From: Ptychomitrium polyphyllum
Taxonomy: Eukaryota
Direction: 5' to 3'
Assembly: GCA_973851085.1 (NCBI GenBank)
Contig: OZ316776.1
Span: 6,448,001 to 6,512,000, forward strand
Length of the DNA stretch: 64,000 nucleotides
Each line of letters begins with the position of its first letter. Positions within the stretch are counted from its first letter, which is position 1. Under the pieces are notes generated by a model. That model did not search any database, was not told where the DNA came from, and worked only from the letters and a program-made list of their open reading frames with translations. A program made the position numbers and the translations under genes. Positions 36,861-50,400 of this stretch are shown one piece after another.

Positions 36861-39342
36861 ATGGGGATGCAGGGTCCTACTGCTGTTGTTCCTTCGGATG
36901 AGAGCGCATCTGCAGTTTTGGGCCGGCCAAGTGTTGCGATTGTTGGCCCACGCAATGTTGGCAAGCACTCGATACTGAAACGTACGTCAAGTATTCAAGA
37001 TTGAAATTTTTATGCTGTGTATGAAGGTTTTGTACCATTGCGCGTTTGCAGTACCTGGGAGTGAAAAACTACTAGACCGATGTAGTCGTGTCTTGAAGAG
37101 GTTGTGTGTAGGACGACATCGGGCTGTGAAACTGGCTCTTTCGTAACAAGTAGCATTAGGGTTTAGTTTTCCAGTTAAGTTAGCATTTAATGAATGAATA
37201 ATGATGATTTGGTTGACAGGGTTGATTGCGAAGGAAGAACTCCTGAAGGATGAGGCTTCATCCGATTTGAGTTACCATGGGTGAGCATATTGCATGATAT
37301 ACTTTATCCTGGTTGCATATGTAGTGTACTTAAGTCTGGCTGGACGAAGAATGAAGGCTTGTGGGTTTAGAATAGATTGCGATCATTTTGTTTCCGGTTG
37401 TGAAGAGCCCAAGAGGTGCTGATTGTTTGTCTTCTTAAGTGTAGGTCTGAAGACTATATACTGTAGTGAGGTACAGTTCACACTCATGAGTATTGAGTAC
37501 ATGTCATGTTTCTGATTTGCAGCTGGAGAATTGATACCAAATACTACACGGCTGATGTATGCATTTGGACTGCAAACTTAGATGCGTGTTCCAAGGACAA
37601 TGCTCCTCCTTTCTTGGAGCGTTGTGAAGCACTTCTCATGGTTTTTGATTTGAGTGATGTAAGAGGCGCTTTCATCATTCCATTTTTTATTTTTTGGATG
37701 TTGTTTCAAGGTTAAAATATGAGGAATCGGATAAGTGAATATAGGTCTGCATGTTGGAAACGATTTTTTAAAAACCCTTCAACAGGGTTAAGGTAGCACG
37801 CATTAGAACGTATTTGAATCCTACAGTGACTGAAATCGACTTGGATGCATATGCTATCTGTATTGATTAACATTGTGAGCTCATATTGGTGTAGCTCTGA
37901 CAACATCTTTCGATGTTTGGTTGCTAGGCAACAACATTTGAGAAACTGCAGCAATGGGTGGAGGTGTCAGATTTGACGCCCTACGAAGTACTGATGTGCG
38001 TTGGAAACAAGGCCGACCGACTACCTTCACATTTCGGGCATGTAGAGTATCGAAGACGATTGATGAAACGCGGAGAATCTTCTAGTGATCCTCATCCCGA
38101 GTTCATTGACTTTGGGATTGACCGAACAGAGGGCAGTGGTCTTTTGGCAGATGAGGAAGATGACGACCCAGAGCTTAGGCGGCGCGCATGCGTTGAATGG
38201 TGCACTGAGCGAGGGGTTGAGTATATTGAGTCCTGTGCAATCAATGAAGCCTTTGATAAGTGTAAGTTACATTCCTTAAAGACTCTACATCTTGAGACAT
38301 TACGAGAACTTTGTTATTGAATGTCGAGCAAGAATCAATCTCTATCAAGGGATTGTTTTAGTTTGATAACTGATTTAGCACCTTTCTGATGCAGGCATGT
38401 CCGTAGATGGGGACTTGCAAGGAGTGCCACGAATTCTGGATGCACTGTCTGCACACATGTGGCCTGGTCTCGTCATGAAATCTACACCGAAGCTGACGGA
38501 CGTTCGATCAGATTTAAATGAGGATGAAGGTGCAGTGTTTACGTTCGTGTTGATTGCTTTTGTTGGTGGTAGTTAATTTTGCAGAGTGAGGTTGATTACT
38601 TCGAGAGTATTTGTTTTATCATTTGATGTGTAATACTCTGCAATTCAATTCTCTCTAGAATTTCAAGACATGCTCGTTGCTTCTTATGGATGGGCTGAGG
38701 GTTTTTATCTCTTTTTTCTTTTCATTCGCTTTTAATTAAAAAAAACATTCCACAGAAGGGGAGTTTTCAAGCGAAGACGAGGAAGACTTCCTGATCGAGT
38801 ATGAGGTCTTATCTAATGCGTCAACAGAACCATGGGATGGAAATGAGGACTTGTGGAGCTTCAGAGGTGCGCATGCTCCGCCCCTGGATGTGATTACCTT
38901 CAATGGGGAATACAAGGCAGATGATAGCATAGTCTCTGCAACAATTCAAACAAATGTATTTGGTGATCGTGAAGATAAGTCCGCAGATGCTTCTCCATCA
39001 ACAAGCACAGTCCCTCACATTGCATCCACTGCTGAAGACAGTGGAGATCAGATAGTAGTTGTGCAACATTCAGATGGGGTGGAGCATCTAGAGACGCTTA
39101 CTTCTTCAGCTGATATTGTGGAGACAGTTGAAATTAGTGGTGTTGAGATAACCGAGAAGCCAATATCCAAGAACGATAAGAAGTATGGTGCTGAGGATTT
39201 AGAGAAAATGATGCTTGAGATGACCAGCATGCGAGATAACATGCGTAACATGTCTGATGGGCAAAGACGAGAGATGGCTGCTCAGTTGGCTATGCGCATG
39301 GCAAGCATGCTCTTGGACGACGATGAAGAAGATGATGAGTGA
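36861..39342 (+). CDS. AAGAB: Alpha/gamma-adaptin-binding protein p34 (pseudo-GTPase fold)
   Basis: Approximate exons 36861-36981, 37220-37280, 37523-37658, 37929-38261, 38395-38529, 38756-39342. Motifs IVGPRNVGKHSIL, WRIDTKYYTADV, CVGNKADR, EWCTERGVEYIE, RILDALSAHMWPGL, and C-terminal MSDGQRREMAAQLAM. Confidence 0.9.
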
Positions 39343-42073
39343 TGCAGCCGATTCAGTTGTTCATCTTAACGTTAGATGATTTCAGTTGTCCTCTTGTTCT
39401 AGTGTGCGAAGCTGATTTTGTTGGGCTTGGTATCGTGATAATGATAGTGGTGCCTACTTTACATTTTGAAGTACGAAACAGGTCTAGGTCTAACAATTAA
39501 GAACAAAACTGTAATATACTGTATCGTAGCCATTGATAACTATATTTGGTCATCACTTGAACGCTCCTGTTAGCTCTGTAAAAGAGTTGACCTTGGAAGG
39601 CGTGCAAGACTTTAATTTGATCGTGTGATCAGTGTTTTGCTGAAGATTTGATTGGTATTTTATTCTCTAAACCTAAGTTCTCCATAGCCAGTGATGCTAT
39701 CTGGAGTAGAGGTCGGTGATCACTGCGTTATTTAATTTGAGCAGCGACCACGTTTCTACCTCACCTTATGCTGACCAATATTTAAGATTGATTAGTGTCG
39801 ACATTTAAGTTACATCAGTAGTCAAGATGACCTGGATAGGATTTTATTGCGTTTGATTAGTGCCTCCTTGCTTTGTTTCGGGCTTTGCGGGTATTGTGGT
39901 TTTGAGATTTTTGGGTTTTTGACTGCCATGGAGGAAGATATTGGAAGATTCATGCCAGCTATCGTGCATTTCGTTGATGTAAAGTGTGCTCAATTCCTTA
40001 TTGTTTTTGGCAGTCATGGCTCATGCATTTGAGAAACTCTACGAGCAACATGAAAAGTTAGTTATATGATATGAGCTTTTAAGCTTGGTATAAGATTAGT
40101 GGTACTTCATTTTGAAGTTCTGAACCGTGACTTGTTGCATGAATTGAAGACTTTATATTTATTCTTTTTCTTTGAGTCGATGCTGATTTCTTTGAGTCGA
40201 TGCTGATTAGTGGTTTTTAACACGTCACCATACAAGTATTCGAGGTAAGTTGACATCCTTTTGTGTTTGATATCTCTACAGAGAGCTGGCTTCTGGAATG
40301 GGGAGTGCTGACGAGTTAGAAGTGGGACGTAGATTGACATTAAATGCGCTTCTGGTTCAGCTTCTGGGGCTTCACATGGCCTAGAGGTAGCAAAGTGTAC
40401 CCCGATTGAATAATTACTGTTTGCAGAAGCGTTTCATGAACCTTGATTTCACAATTTTAAGAAATCTTTGTCCAGCTACCATTCCCTCGCAAGTGGGTTT
40501 CCTTCTGTACCAATCTCCCAGTAGGACGGTGAGTAGAATTTCGCAAGACTTGAGTACCATTCTTGTTGGATGCACCTACTTCATGATGTTCTGTAACCTA
40601 CTACACCACCATCCACAGGGCTGCGATCCTGATGCATGATGGTAGAATAATCATGAAGGTAGAGGAGATTACTGGTTACGGCTAATCTCTTGTACTTGTT
40701 TCTGTTGTGTACGAAATTCTACTGCTTCCCGACTAGGTTTCCTTTGGAATCTAGAGATTGAGTGAAAGTAAACAGAATTTATAAACTTTTATTCGTTGCA
40801 GAAGCTCACAAGTACCAGACCTTGGGAATGGTCTTTTTTCCTTCCCAGCTCATTCTATAGTAGTTTATATCCAATCAGAGCAGAGTAGGGGGTAATTTTG
40901 ATCATGCATCTGAAAGGACTTTCTAAACTGGCAACCTAGTGATCTAACCAGCCGAAGTACGATCTACTATACTAATCTGGTTGTTGAAATGGAAAGCAAG
41001 AGTGAAAATCGTGGAATGTTTTGCTCTCAATGTTGTAACTTGTAGAGCCTGAGCATTAATTTACTGAGTTCAGTAATGCATCAGAAAAGATTGTACCTGT
41101 ATAGATTGCCCTGGATGTGATTATGTAGGCGACGTGGAGTTGATTCTCACACCCAGCTCCACGCAAGGTCGATTCCTGGGAAACGAGTAAACCTTAAACC
41201 TTGTAGAAAAGACCAACTGGCAACTTCCTGCCTATCGTGACTGGAGGTTGAAGTTTCCAGATATACCAGTGATTGCCTTTGTTCCGAATTGTCCTCCTGA
41301 AGATCACTTCCGTAACTGGTAGTTTTAGCCTTCGTCAATATGATACTAAATATTACTAATCTTGCACACACTAACTTCATGTATGTTCAACTCTACTTGA
41401 CTCTACTTAACTCTACTTAACTTTTCTATGACAGGCATCTATCACGCATGATCACATACAAACAAGTAGAGAACTGGACACAACGTAGAGATTTTTTCCT
41501 CTTTACACCCTTGGAGCTTTGGAATTTCCTCCCAACTTGAAGTATTCCTCTTTACACTCTTGGAGCTTTTGAATTTCTTTCTTCCTTTCACTTGCTTGAG
41601 GTTTGAAGGCCAGTAAATGAGAGGGAGATTGAAAGGCATAAGAGGATTTTAATTTCTTAATTTTGCTTTGTTGTCTTCCACACTATACTTGGATTGACAT
41701 CGCACCTTTATTTTACCATTTGTGGCCTCTCTCTTTTTCTCAAAACCCAACATACTGTAACCTGCATAGATGACCTGGAACCAAGTAAAGTTAATGTAGC
41801 TTCAACATAGCTTCACCTCATGCGGTACCCATGCTGGTCCTGGACTGAGCTGTAGCTTTGTCATGCATAGAAAAGTTCCTGGCGATCATCGTCCTTACTG
41901 TACTACCAGGATGGTGGACTACGGCCATATAACCATTCATCTGAAATTGCAATTTCACTCCAATGCTCTTGAGCAGGATTGTTTGCTCAGAGGGCACTCG
42001 GCCGAACTTGGCCTCTGTCTCAAGGTTTTTGGGGTCGTGATACATTCAGTTTCTCTGACGCCCACTTGGAAAT

Positions 42074-43003
42074 ATGGCTGCTACTTTGAAATTTGAAGGT
42101 TTACAGGGCTGGTGGCTAATTTTGTGCATAGCATATATGGTGACCAATATGCAGATCCAGGTGCTTGGCCAAGTTGGAGAGTCAAATTCTTACCCCGCAA
42201 ACTTCATGACTAATTACGGGAGTGGATCAGATAGCCAGCATTTTCGAGTCCTGAACAATGGACAACAAGTGCAGCTTATCTTGGACCAATACTCAGCTGC
42301 TGGCTTCGGTTCCAAGTACAAGTATCTATTTGGGAAAATTGGGATTCGGATGAAGTTGGTTCCTGGGAATTCGGCCGGTACAGTGACTGCTTACTATATG
42401 TCATCGCAAACTGCACTTCATGATGAGATGGACTTTGAGTTTTTGGGCAATGTATCGGGACAGCCCTACATTTTGCAGACGAATATATTTGCAGGAGGGA
42501 AGGGTGAACGGGAGCAAAGAATTTATCTCTGGTTCGACCCCACTGCCGATTTTCATGAGTACTCTGTTCTGTGGAACAAGAAGCAGATTGTGTTTTACGT
42601 GGACAACACTCCGATTCGTGTTTTTAAAAACAATAAGCAGAGTCTTGGTATAGACTACCCTGACTCGCAACCAGTGGGAATCTACAGCACCATTTGGAAT
42701 GGGGAGAACTGGGCAACCAACGACGGGTGGGTGAAGCTCAATTGGACCCACGCTCCTTTTACTGCCACATATGAGAAGTTCAATGTAGATGCCTGCCTTG
42801 CTGTGGATGGAAACACTGCCTCTTGCATTCAGGCAGCAGCAGAACAGAATAACTGGTGGGAGCAATCGGCTCACCAGACTCTGGGTGTTAATGAAGTCGA
42901 CCAACTCAACTGGGTCCGCAAAAATTATCTTGTGTACAATTACTGCACTGATCGAGGAAGGAACCCAACTCCACCGGCTGAGTGCGCTTTGAATGTCTTG
43001 TGA
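42074..43003 (+). CDS. XTH: Xyloglucan endotransglucosylase/hydrolase (GH16), intronless CDS
   Basis: 309-aa ORF with a signal-peptide-like N-terminus, catalytic HDEMDFEFLGNVSG, REQRIYLWFDPT and C-terminal YNYCTDRGR...PPAEC. Confidence 0.97.
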   Translation: MAATLKFEGLQGWWLILCIAYMVTNMQIQVLGQVGESNSYPANFMTNYGSGSDSQHFRVLNNGQQVQLILDQYSAAGFGSKYKYLFGKIGIRMKLVPGNSAGTVTAYYMSSQTALHDEMDFEFLGNVSGQPYILQTNIFAGGKGEREQRIYLWFDPTADFHEYSVLWNKKQIVFYVDNTPIRVFKNNKQSLGIDYPDSQPVGIYSTIWNGENWATNDGWVKLNWTHAPFTATYEKFNVDACLAVDGNTASCIQAAAEQNNWWEQSAHQTLGVNEVDQLNWVRKNYLVYNYCTDRGRNPTPPAECALNVL

Positions 43004-44722
43004 GAGGGCACCATTGACATTCAGAGAACAAATTTTAGAGGAAGGTAATTGAGCTTTGCGCCATCTGCGATACTTTCTGTACCTCTTGATGATTCTATTC
43101 TATTCACTGAGAGTTATATGAGAATTAGATTAGAGTTATTTTCAGTTTCGCATATTGCAAGTGTTAAATTTAAACTTTTGAGGAATTTTAGCCGAGGCAG
43201 TGAAACAATTGTGGCATTCCGTAATTCCTTGATGATAGTGATGAGCATATTAGACTGATACAACAATCAGAACATGTGAATTGTCAAGCTAGTAAGTAGC
43301 TTCCGGCAAATGTTCACTTCCAAATTCTCATGGAATCTGTCGAGTTGGTTGATTGTAGTCACTTCCAATTCACCCTACTGGCAATTCAGTAGACGCCATT
43401 TGGGCTCCACTTGTGCCTCGTCGGAATAAAAGTATGTGAAACTAACCTTTTTGTCTTCAATCGAGAGCTTCTCACTCTTAAATCTTCTCTGCGGGAAATG
43501 TGTTGCTGCCTTTCATGTGCGCAAAGATATCTCTAGATGGAGCATTTGACAAGGTATGACTTGATACTTGATGTCATAGATTGACTTTCATGTAAGCCTG
43601 ACATTACCTTCAGACATTTAGTCTCCTTGTAAATGTATAGATTTCTTAACTGAAGGTAATACCAAGCTTACATGAAAGTTTCTCCTGTCTAATTCACACT
43701 CGCGCAGTCTGGCAATGCTACAGACATGCACATGATACACTTATTTGTAGAGGGGCACTGTATAGTCTCAGAATGGTACCGCTTGCAACTGAGCATTGCG
43801 ACAATCGTTGGTGCAGAAGTGGGACTTTTTTTCTCAATAAATAAAGAACACTGGATTGTTGCAGGAGATTGTTCTGAAAAAATTGTTGCAATTACCTCGT
43901 TTCTGAAGATCACAAGAATTGTTGTGGCAACGACAATCGGTAGTTCAGTAACGTAGCCTTCACTGACCACAGTTTTCTATCCCAAAAAAAATTAAAATTT
44001 GAGATAAATTTGAAATATATTCTATAGGATAAGTGACAAAAGAAACGGAGATATGAAGACTAAATATCAAGATTAACTCAAAACATAGCAAAAATATTTT
44101 TTAAAGATTAAATATCACATTAATAATTGAAAGTTTACTCATGTTTCTTGTGATTTCAAAACGTCCTTGTATTATGGTTAGATTTTTCAATGCTAGGAAT
44201 AAAATTAGATCCATACATCATTTCCTTTGAAAAAATCCTTACTCATATAATTTTTTATTTGTTCATATTTTACTTTGTTTTTTTATGAATGATTTTTTTT
44301 AATATTAAAAAAAGCATATAAAACACATCTATAAAAAATAATTGCATATCTACAAATTATGAAATGCACAGGTTAAAAGATAAAATTTAATTCATAGCTA
44401 ATTTCATTTCTAACTTCTATATTTCATAGTTTGTATCTCTAATACTTGATTTGGTTGGAAAATAAGAAAAAATACTTTAATTAGATGTTTTGTGATTCAT
44501 TTTATTATCGAACATATTCAATTCAAAGAAATCAAAGTTATAGTTGAATTACTTTAAAAATTATTATAATTGGTAGCAAGATTTTTGGATTATTTAATGA
44601 CCTTTACAAAATCAAGTCCAATTAAGAATATTTTAGTACATTCTATCCATTAATTGAAGTTGATGTCTTTCATTGAAAGCAAAATTATCAATAAATTCAA
44701 TATTGAATATGAACGAAGAGTG

Positions 44723-45263
44723 TGTTAGAGACACAAGAAACAAATAGCAACAACGAAGTATTTTCCAAGAAATAGCTTTTAAAAAGTTAATGATTAACAA
44801 GGATTTGATACAAAGATTAGAACAAGGCACGATATAATATGATCCACAACTTGTATTGGCAAGACTAAGGAATACCTTGTCTTGTCTCTTATTTATACTA
44901 TGATGTTTGTATCTCCTGAGATATTTCTAAGGAAATTTTCTACAAGGCTTAAGAATGTTTTAGAAGTCTATAGAACCTTCTCAAGAAGTTTCCCAAGATG
45001 TTGGAACCTTCTTAAGAAGCTTCCAAGGAGTTAGAACCTTCCTTGGAAATTTCTTAAGGTAGTGAAATCTTCTTAAAAAAATTCCTAAAGAAGTAAAACC
45101 TTCCTAGGAAGTTTCCTGAGGTGGTGGAATTTTTTTAGGAAATTTCTCAAAGAACATGGCAACGGCTATAGGAACATTGAAAGTATTCTAAGAAGCTACT
45201 ATAATATACCAAAAATATTTAGAAGATTCTAAAGACTATGTTGCATAATCTATGTCCGTGACA
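44723..45263. mobile_element. Solo-LTR-like remnant
   Basis: About 540 bp bounded by TGTTAGAGAC...GTCCGTGACA (TG...CA, imperfect inverted ends), with an internal ~30-bp degenerate tandem repeat (AACCTTC..AGAAGTTTCC..AG) at 44974-45152. The 5-bp flanks GAGTG and ACCTG do not match, so there is no target-site duplication. Confidence 0.6.
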
Positions 45264-47357
45264 ACCTGATTATAAGAAATTATATATAATGGGACTATGG
45301 TTATTTGGAACCTTTATTACAATATTATTTGTGGTGCACATCATGACAAAGGAGATGTATGTGCAAGGTCATTAAATACAAAATACTTATATTAAATATT
45401 CAGGATTGAATAGTAATATTCAATTCTATCTACTATATTGTTCCAAAGGTACAAAAATATATAATCAAATAGATTAGAAATCCACCATATAAAATAAACA
45501 CATAAGGTATCTAAGTGCAAAAACTAAATGGCAAGCAAAATGTTTAACTTGTATATAACTTTTCATATGCAAATTTTTTAGCAAATGTGTTGTGTGTTCA
45601 TAAAACATGTACATGCCACCGCGTACACGACTGAGTTAGGACTTGGGTTTGTTAGAGTGAGTGAGCATCAAGGTAGGTGCACAAAAAGCATTTTTTTTCA
45701 AAAAGTTTTTTCCTCACCCATCGTCCTAGATTTTCATTTAAAAATCTTGTGCAAGCATAGAGGGGGACAGTTTTTGATAAAGGGAGGGTATTTGATAAAA
45801 TTACCTTACATGTTTCAAGAGAACTGGTTCCTCCTTCATTGTGAATGTTTCCTCCAACAAAAGCATTGGGTTGATATCTTTGGACGTATATCAGATTCAC
45901 ACAGACGTTTTTGTGCTTGTACATTTGTACTCACAGATATGGTTAGCACGCAAAGCCTGCAGTGGGTGTTCAGAGCACTGAACTTTCAGGTTTCAGGAAA
46001 GACAACTCAAGTAAATAGACAGCCTGAGTGAATAAAGCAAGGATCTGACCAACATGCCACAGCGGCAGCCTGCGACATCCAGTCTGCAAAACAAACTTTG
46101 TGAATCAGCGAGTGTACAGACAAGGTGGACAGCCAGGACTAACGCATTCAGAGGCTTCTGATTGAATAAAATCTGTTTTTCTCCTGCTCTGTTTCTACAG
46201 ATTATTCAGTTTCTTAGGGTCCACGGCCATGGGGTTATCTATGCAGATTACAGTTGCAGTTGAAGGGTTCAACCTTGAAAGCGTTCCAGTTTAAGGAGCC
46301 GTAACCATTGACACGAATAATGCTGGTTGGTTCTTTCAGGGTGCACTGTTTGGAGTCCAGTACTGGCAAGAATATTGTCTGAAAACAAAGCAGAGTCATC
46401 ACCGTGTGGGGCAAAGGTGTTGAATCATGTCACTGGGGCTGGGCCGAAAGTCCACACGCTATCAGAAAGTTTTGAGCATATGCCAACATGTCTTTTGCGA
46501 GTAAGTTACTTGTCACGAACTACTAGGCTTGTCTTGTGTACTTGCTCATGTTCCTAGCATGTAGCAGCCCCTCCCAGATTGTTTGCTTAAATCTGCAGCA
46601 ATTCATTGAGGATATGAACCGTACTAGATGACACACATACTACGGTATCATGCCAGGATCAATACAGGAGCGTGTCATGTCTAGGTGGGCTTGCGAACGT
46701 TGGAGATTATGAAACTTTGGCTTTGGGAGCCACAAGAGTCCCAGTCACACCAAAATGACCCTATAGTGCGGCCTGGACCATAGTTTCGTGCCCAGAAGCT
46801 TCTAATAAACTCATCCTTCTCAAGGCTCTAAACTGTGTTACACATATGATCCCTGGCCTTAGCTTGGGGGAACAGCGACATCCCTCCTACCTTTTGCTTG
46901 GCCATACCCCAGATCATGTCTACAGACCACTCACCAGTTTGATGTTACTAGTGATAACCAGGTTTCAGCCTTCCAGGTACTGATTCATTGAATCCTCTGT
47001 TGTTTGCTTTCGTCTGTGGTCCTGCAAAAGCTGGCCTTTCATGTGCCCCAAGCTTCACGCATCTGCCACTTGCATGATCATGCAAGTGCATGATATTCAT
47101 CATCTGAAAGGGATCTGAAAGCTCCAGGTCTTGTTGCGAAGAGGCAACTGAATCAACTCGGCACAGCAACAGTACAACAACCTGCCTCAATCACCGTACT
47201 CTTATAAGACGAATGACTAATCCTCTGCTATAACCCTCAATGAGAATCTTCAACTGGGCTCTAGAAATTGGGATCCACATTCTTGAATAACTGAACTGGA
47301 TGAGTTCCGTGTGCAACATGGAATTCAGATAAAATGCTCTTGCAGCACCTTTGCATG

Positions 47358-47456
47358 TTCTCTTTTCAATGTTTTGCGAAAGAAGAGAAGACTGATTACG
47401 AGGCGAATCAATTCGTAATCAGTCTTCTCTTCTTTCGCAAAACATTGAAAAGAGAA
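47358..47456. repeat. Perfect 44-bp inverted repeat with an 11-nt loop
   Basis: Arm 47358-47401 TTCTCTTTTCAATGTTTTGCGAAAGAAGAGAAGACTGATTACGA is the exact reverse complement of 47413-47456. Confidence 0.95.
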
Positions 47457-50400
47457 GGCTGATTATCATGGCCTGCCTTCATCTTTGACCGCACATTCAT
47501 CACCAGGATGCGACACTGAAGTGTATTTTCTGTTATTCTTCATAGGATGCTCGCCACATTGCATTTCGACCTAGAAACTGGCATAATGTCGGTAATTCCC
47601 TGCCTGGAACTTGTCATGATATGGTTGAAAGTTTGTGATTAAATTCAAGCAAAAGAAGAGATTTCTATTGAACGAGTGAAATACAAGTGAAGTAGGGTGT
47701 ACAGTACTGGATGATTAGATGATGTAATGGATCAATAAACAATTTCAGGACTTGATTCCGGATTAGAGATTGGGCATGGTTGACATGATTCACCTTGACT
47801 TGCTACTGCTGTGGTACAGATTTCAGATCCAAGAAGTGGGCATGAAGGAAGCATTTGGGGTGTAACTTGAAACTATTATGGAAGTGGATATATTTAAGTG
47901 GTTGGATTGATGTATTGGTGACTGGATTTATATGATTATTGGTGGAAGGGAGAAGTAGTCCTCCGAGCATTCATTCTTTGACACTTGTTTGAACCCGAAT
48001 TTCAAGGAGTGTTGGGATGCTTATCTTCTCGAACAGGGGAGTGGCACGTTGGGCATTAGAACGCATATGGGGTCTAGATCTGCAGCTAAGCTACTTACCG
48101 GCACGTCTTGTACCTATTTGTTTGGTTAATCGGCATGAACATGTGATGAGTCTGTCCTGTTATGTCCGTCACATAAGTTAAGTGACTCATTCATCCGACG
48201 TCTTACCAAATATTCCTCTCCGTCCCAACAAACCATGCATCCTAGATAATTGAATATTGGATTTCTTGTGAGTTTGTGGGAATTGTAGGTTGGCAATCTG
48301 ATTGCATCTAGTGCTAACAAGATTGAGGAGTATCATTGTTGATGACCCAGAGATATGGAACTCACGCATTTGCAAGTAGGGTTTCCATTATGCCAACGTC
48401 GTGGGTGCAAGCCAAGTTCCAACCTTTTCATGTGACAATGATATACAAAATGAATTGGTGACGGTAACAACTTCAAAGGAGGCCAGAATATTGAATGCCT
48501 TGATGGTTCGAATTCGTTGTCATGAAATCGACTTGATGAAGATGGGTTGAATGAGGGCAGCACTTTGAAGGCCCTGCAGGCTGCAAGGAGTGAGAACTTG
48601 AGGAGTCGTAGGCTGAAATCATTGCCACCATTCCGGTTGTAAGGCACGATACCAGGAAAGTTTCATGTGAAACTGTCAGTCTGTCAAGCATGTCACGCTT
48701 CCGTAAAGCCACTGTACCGGGCACCACGGCAAGAATCTCATGGTGAGTCGTTTGCGTAACTGCTTCCTGTTTGCTTCCTCTTTCTAGGGTTAAATAAATA
48801 GAATGCTGACACTGAACGCCTTTCTCGTTGGTATTAGTATTCAGGTTCTGTAGCATAGTAGCACGAGAGGTGAGCAAACAACTCTACATAAACAGTTTCC
48901 AATCGCTCTTGTTCGTCCATTCTCGAAATCCAGATTAGGGTTATGTAAAAAAATTAATTTTAAAATTTTAATGGAAATGTCATGATTCTAGCAGGGTTTG
49001 AAGTGTGAGGCGAAGGTTGATCCAGGATCTGGAGTTCAACTCTTTTCTGGATGTAAATTTCGGCGACTATGCTTGGTGTCGACGGCAAGCTTCTACACGC
49101 AACCAACAAGGGTCGACGCACTTTTCTCAAACTTATTTTAGCCATAGATCACCAATTGATTCCTTCACAGTGACGAACGCACAAATATCAAGGACGAGGC
49201 GGGGGTATATACTGGGAGAAATGACAACCTCTTTTTCTACGCAGTACAATCATGGGGGGCACATGGGTCTTGACTTGGAAGCAAACCCTAATCCTGCCCC
49301 ACCTACTTCGTTCATGCACACAACTCACGGCTGGAGCGGTTGATGAATGTCCAACCCATTTGGACAGATGTCCTTGTCAAGCTAGTGGGTAATGCATGAC
49401 AAATTTCTCATGGTGATGGCATGGAGGAGTGAGTCTCATCAGCGAATAGGGTACCAAGCCCGGCCAAAGATATCGCCACAATGATCTGTTTACGGTATGT
49501 GGTACCATTTCCCTCCCCTTAATGAATTTTGTGTTCGGTTAGCATGGATTGGAGAAGAATTCGTCGGCCACGAGGTTTGAATATCTAATCCCGGTTGGAC
49601 ATATCTGGATGAAATGTCTGGGAGAAATTTCAGGAGTAGGTAGTGGCACCTTTCTCCGTAACCTTGACCTTGATGTCTGCCACTTTCTTAGGCTACACAG
49701 TCCTCCTTGTTCGCTCGGTCAAGAGTGAAACCTCTTGACTCTAGCAAATTCTTGTTGCATCGTTTGAACTTGGAAACTGTCCCTAGCTCACTTATTCCAT
49801 CGTCTTCACTCTCCAGTTTAGGATCAAGGCTTGCCCCACCTGATATGATCAGGTTCGATAAGATATGATCTATTTATTTTCTTATGTGCCAGTCATTCTG
49901 AGATCATATGCAAACCTCCACAATGAACTGTGTCAGAATAGCAAACATAGATTTGCAAGCCTGGTAATTAGGAGAGACTCGTGATTCCAAAATTCTCGAC
50001 ATGGTTTATTTTGTGGGGCATGTTTGCTTAGAACTGGTCAAGGTTGCTAATATAGTGAGATATGAGAGCTATAAAACTTTTGACCTGATCGGAAGGTCTA
50101 GGAAAATGATCAGAAGCTTGTGCTGGAATGACTTTCTTATTACTATTTGTTGTGGTTAACCCAAATGCAACAAGCCTCACTTCAAATGAAACAAGAGATG
50201 ATTCGAACCTGACATAAAATCTGCCTACATGGTGCAGCCCATCTGTTTGAATCCCCATCTGAAACTCCAGAGTCGGACTGTCAAAGTTGCAGGAAATCAC
50301 TCCACAAGATCCACTGTTCCAGAAGTAAATGGCACTGAATATGCAATTCTGGGTCACACTTTGAATATCGAAGTGACTTCAGCTCTTTGAATATTGCATC

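Noticed and set aside
40171..41580. Short local direct repeats (about 18-bp duplication at 40171, 10-mer x3 near 41390, about 30-bp duplication at 41497-41578)
   Set aside because: Ordinary slippage-type duplications with no further structure.
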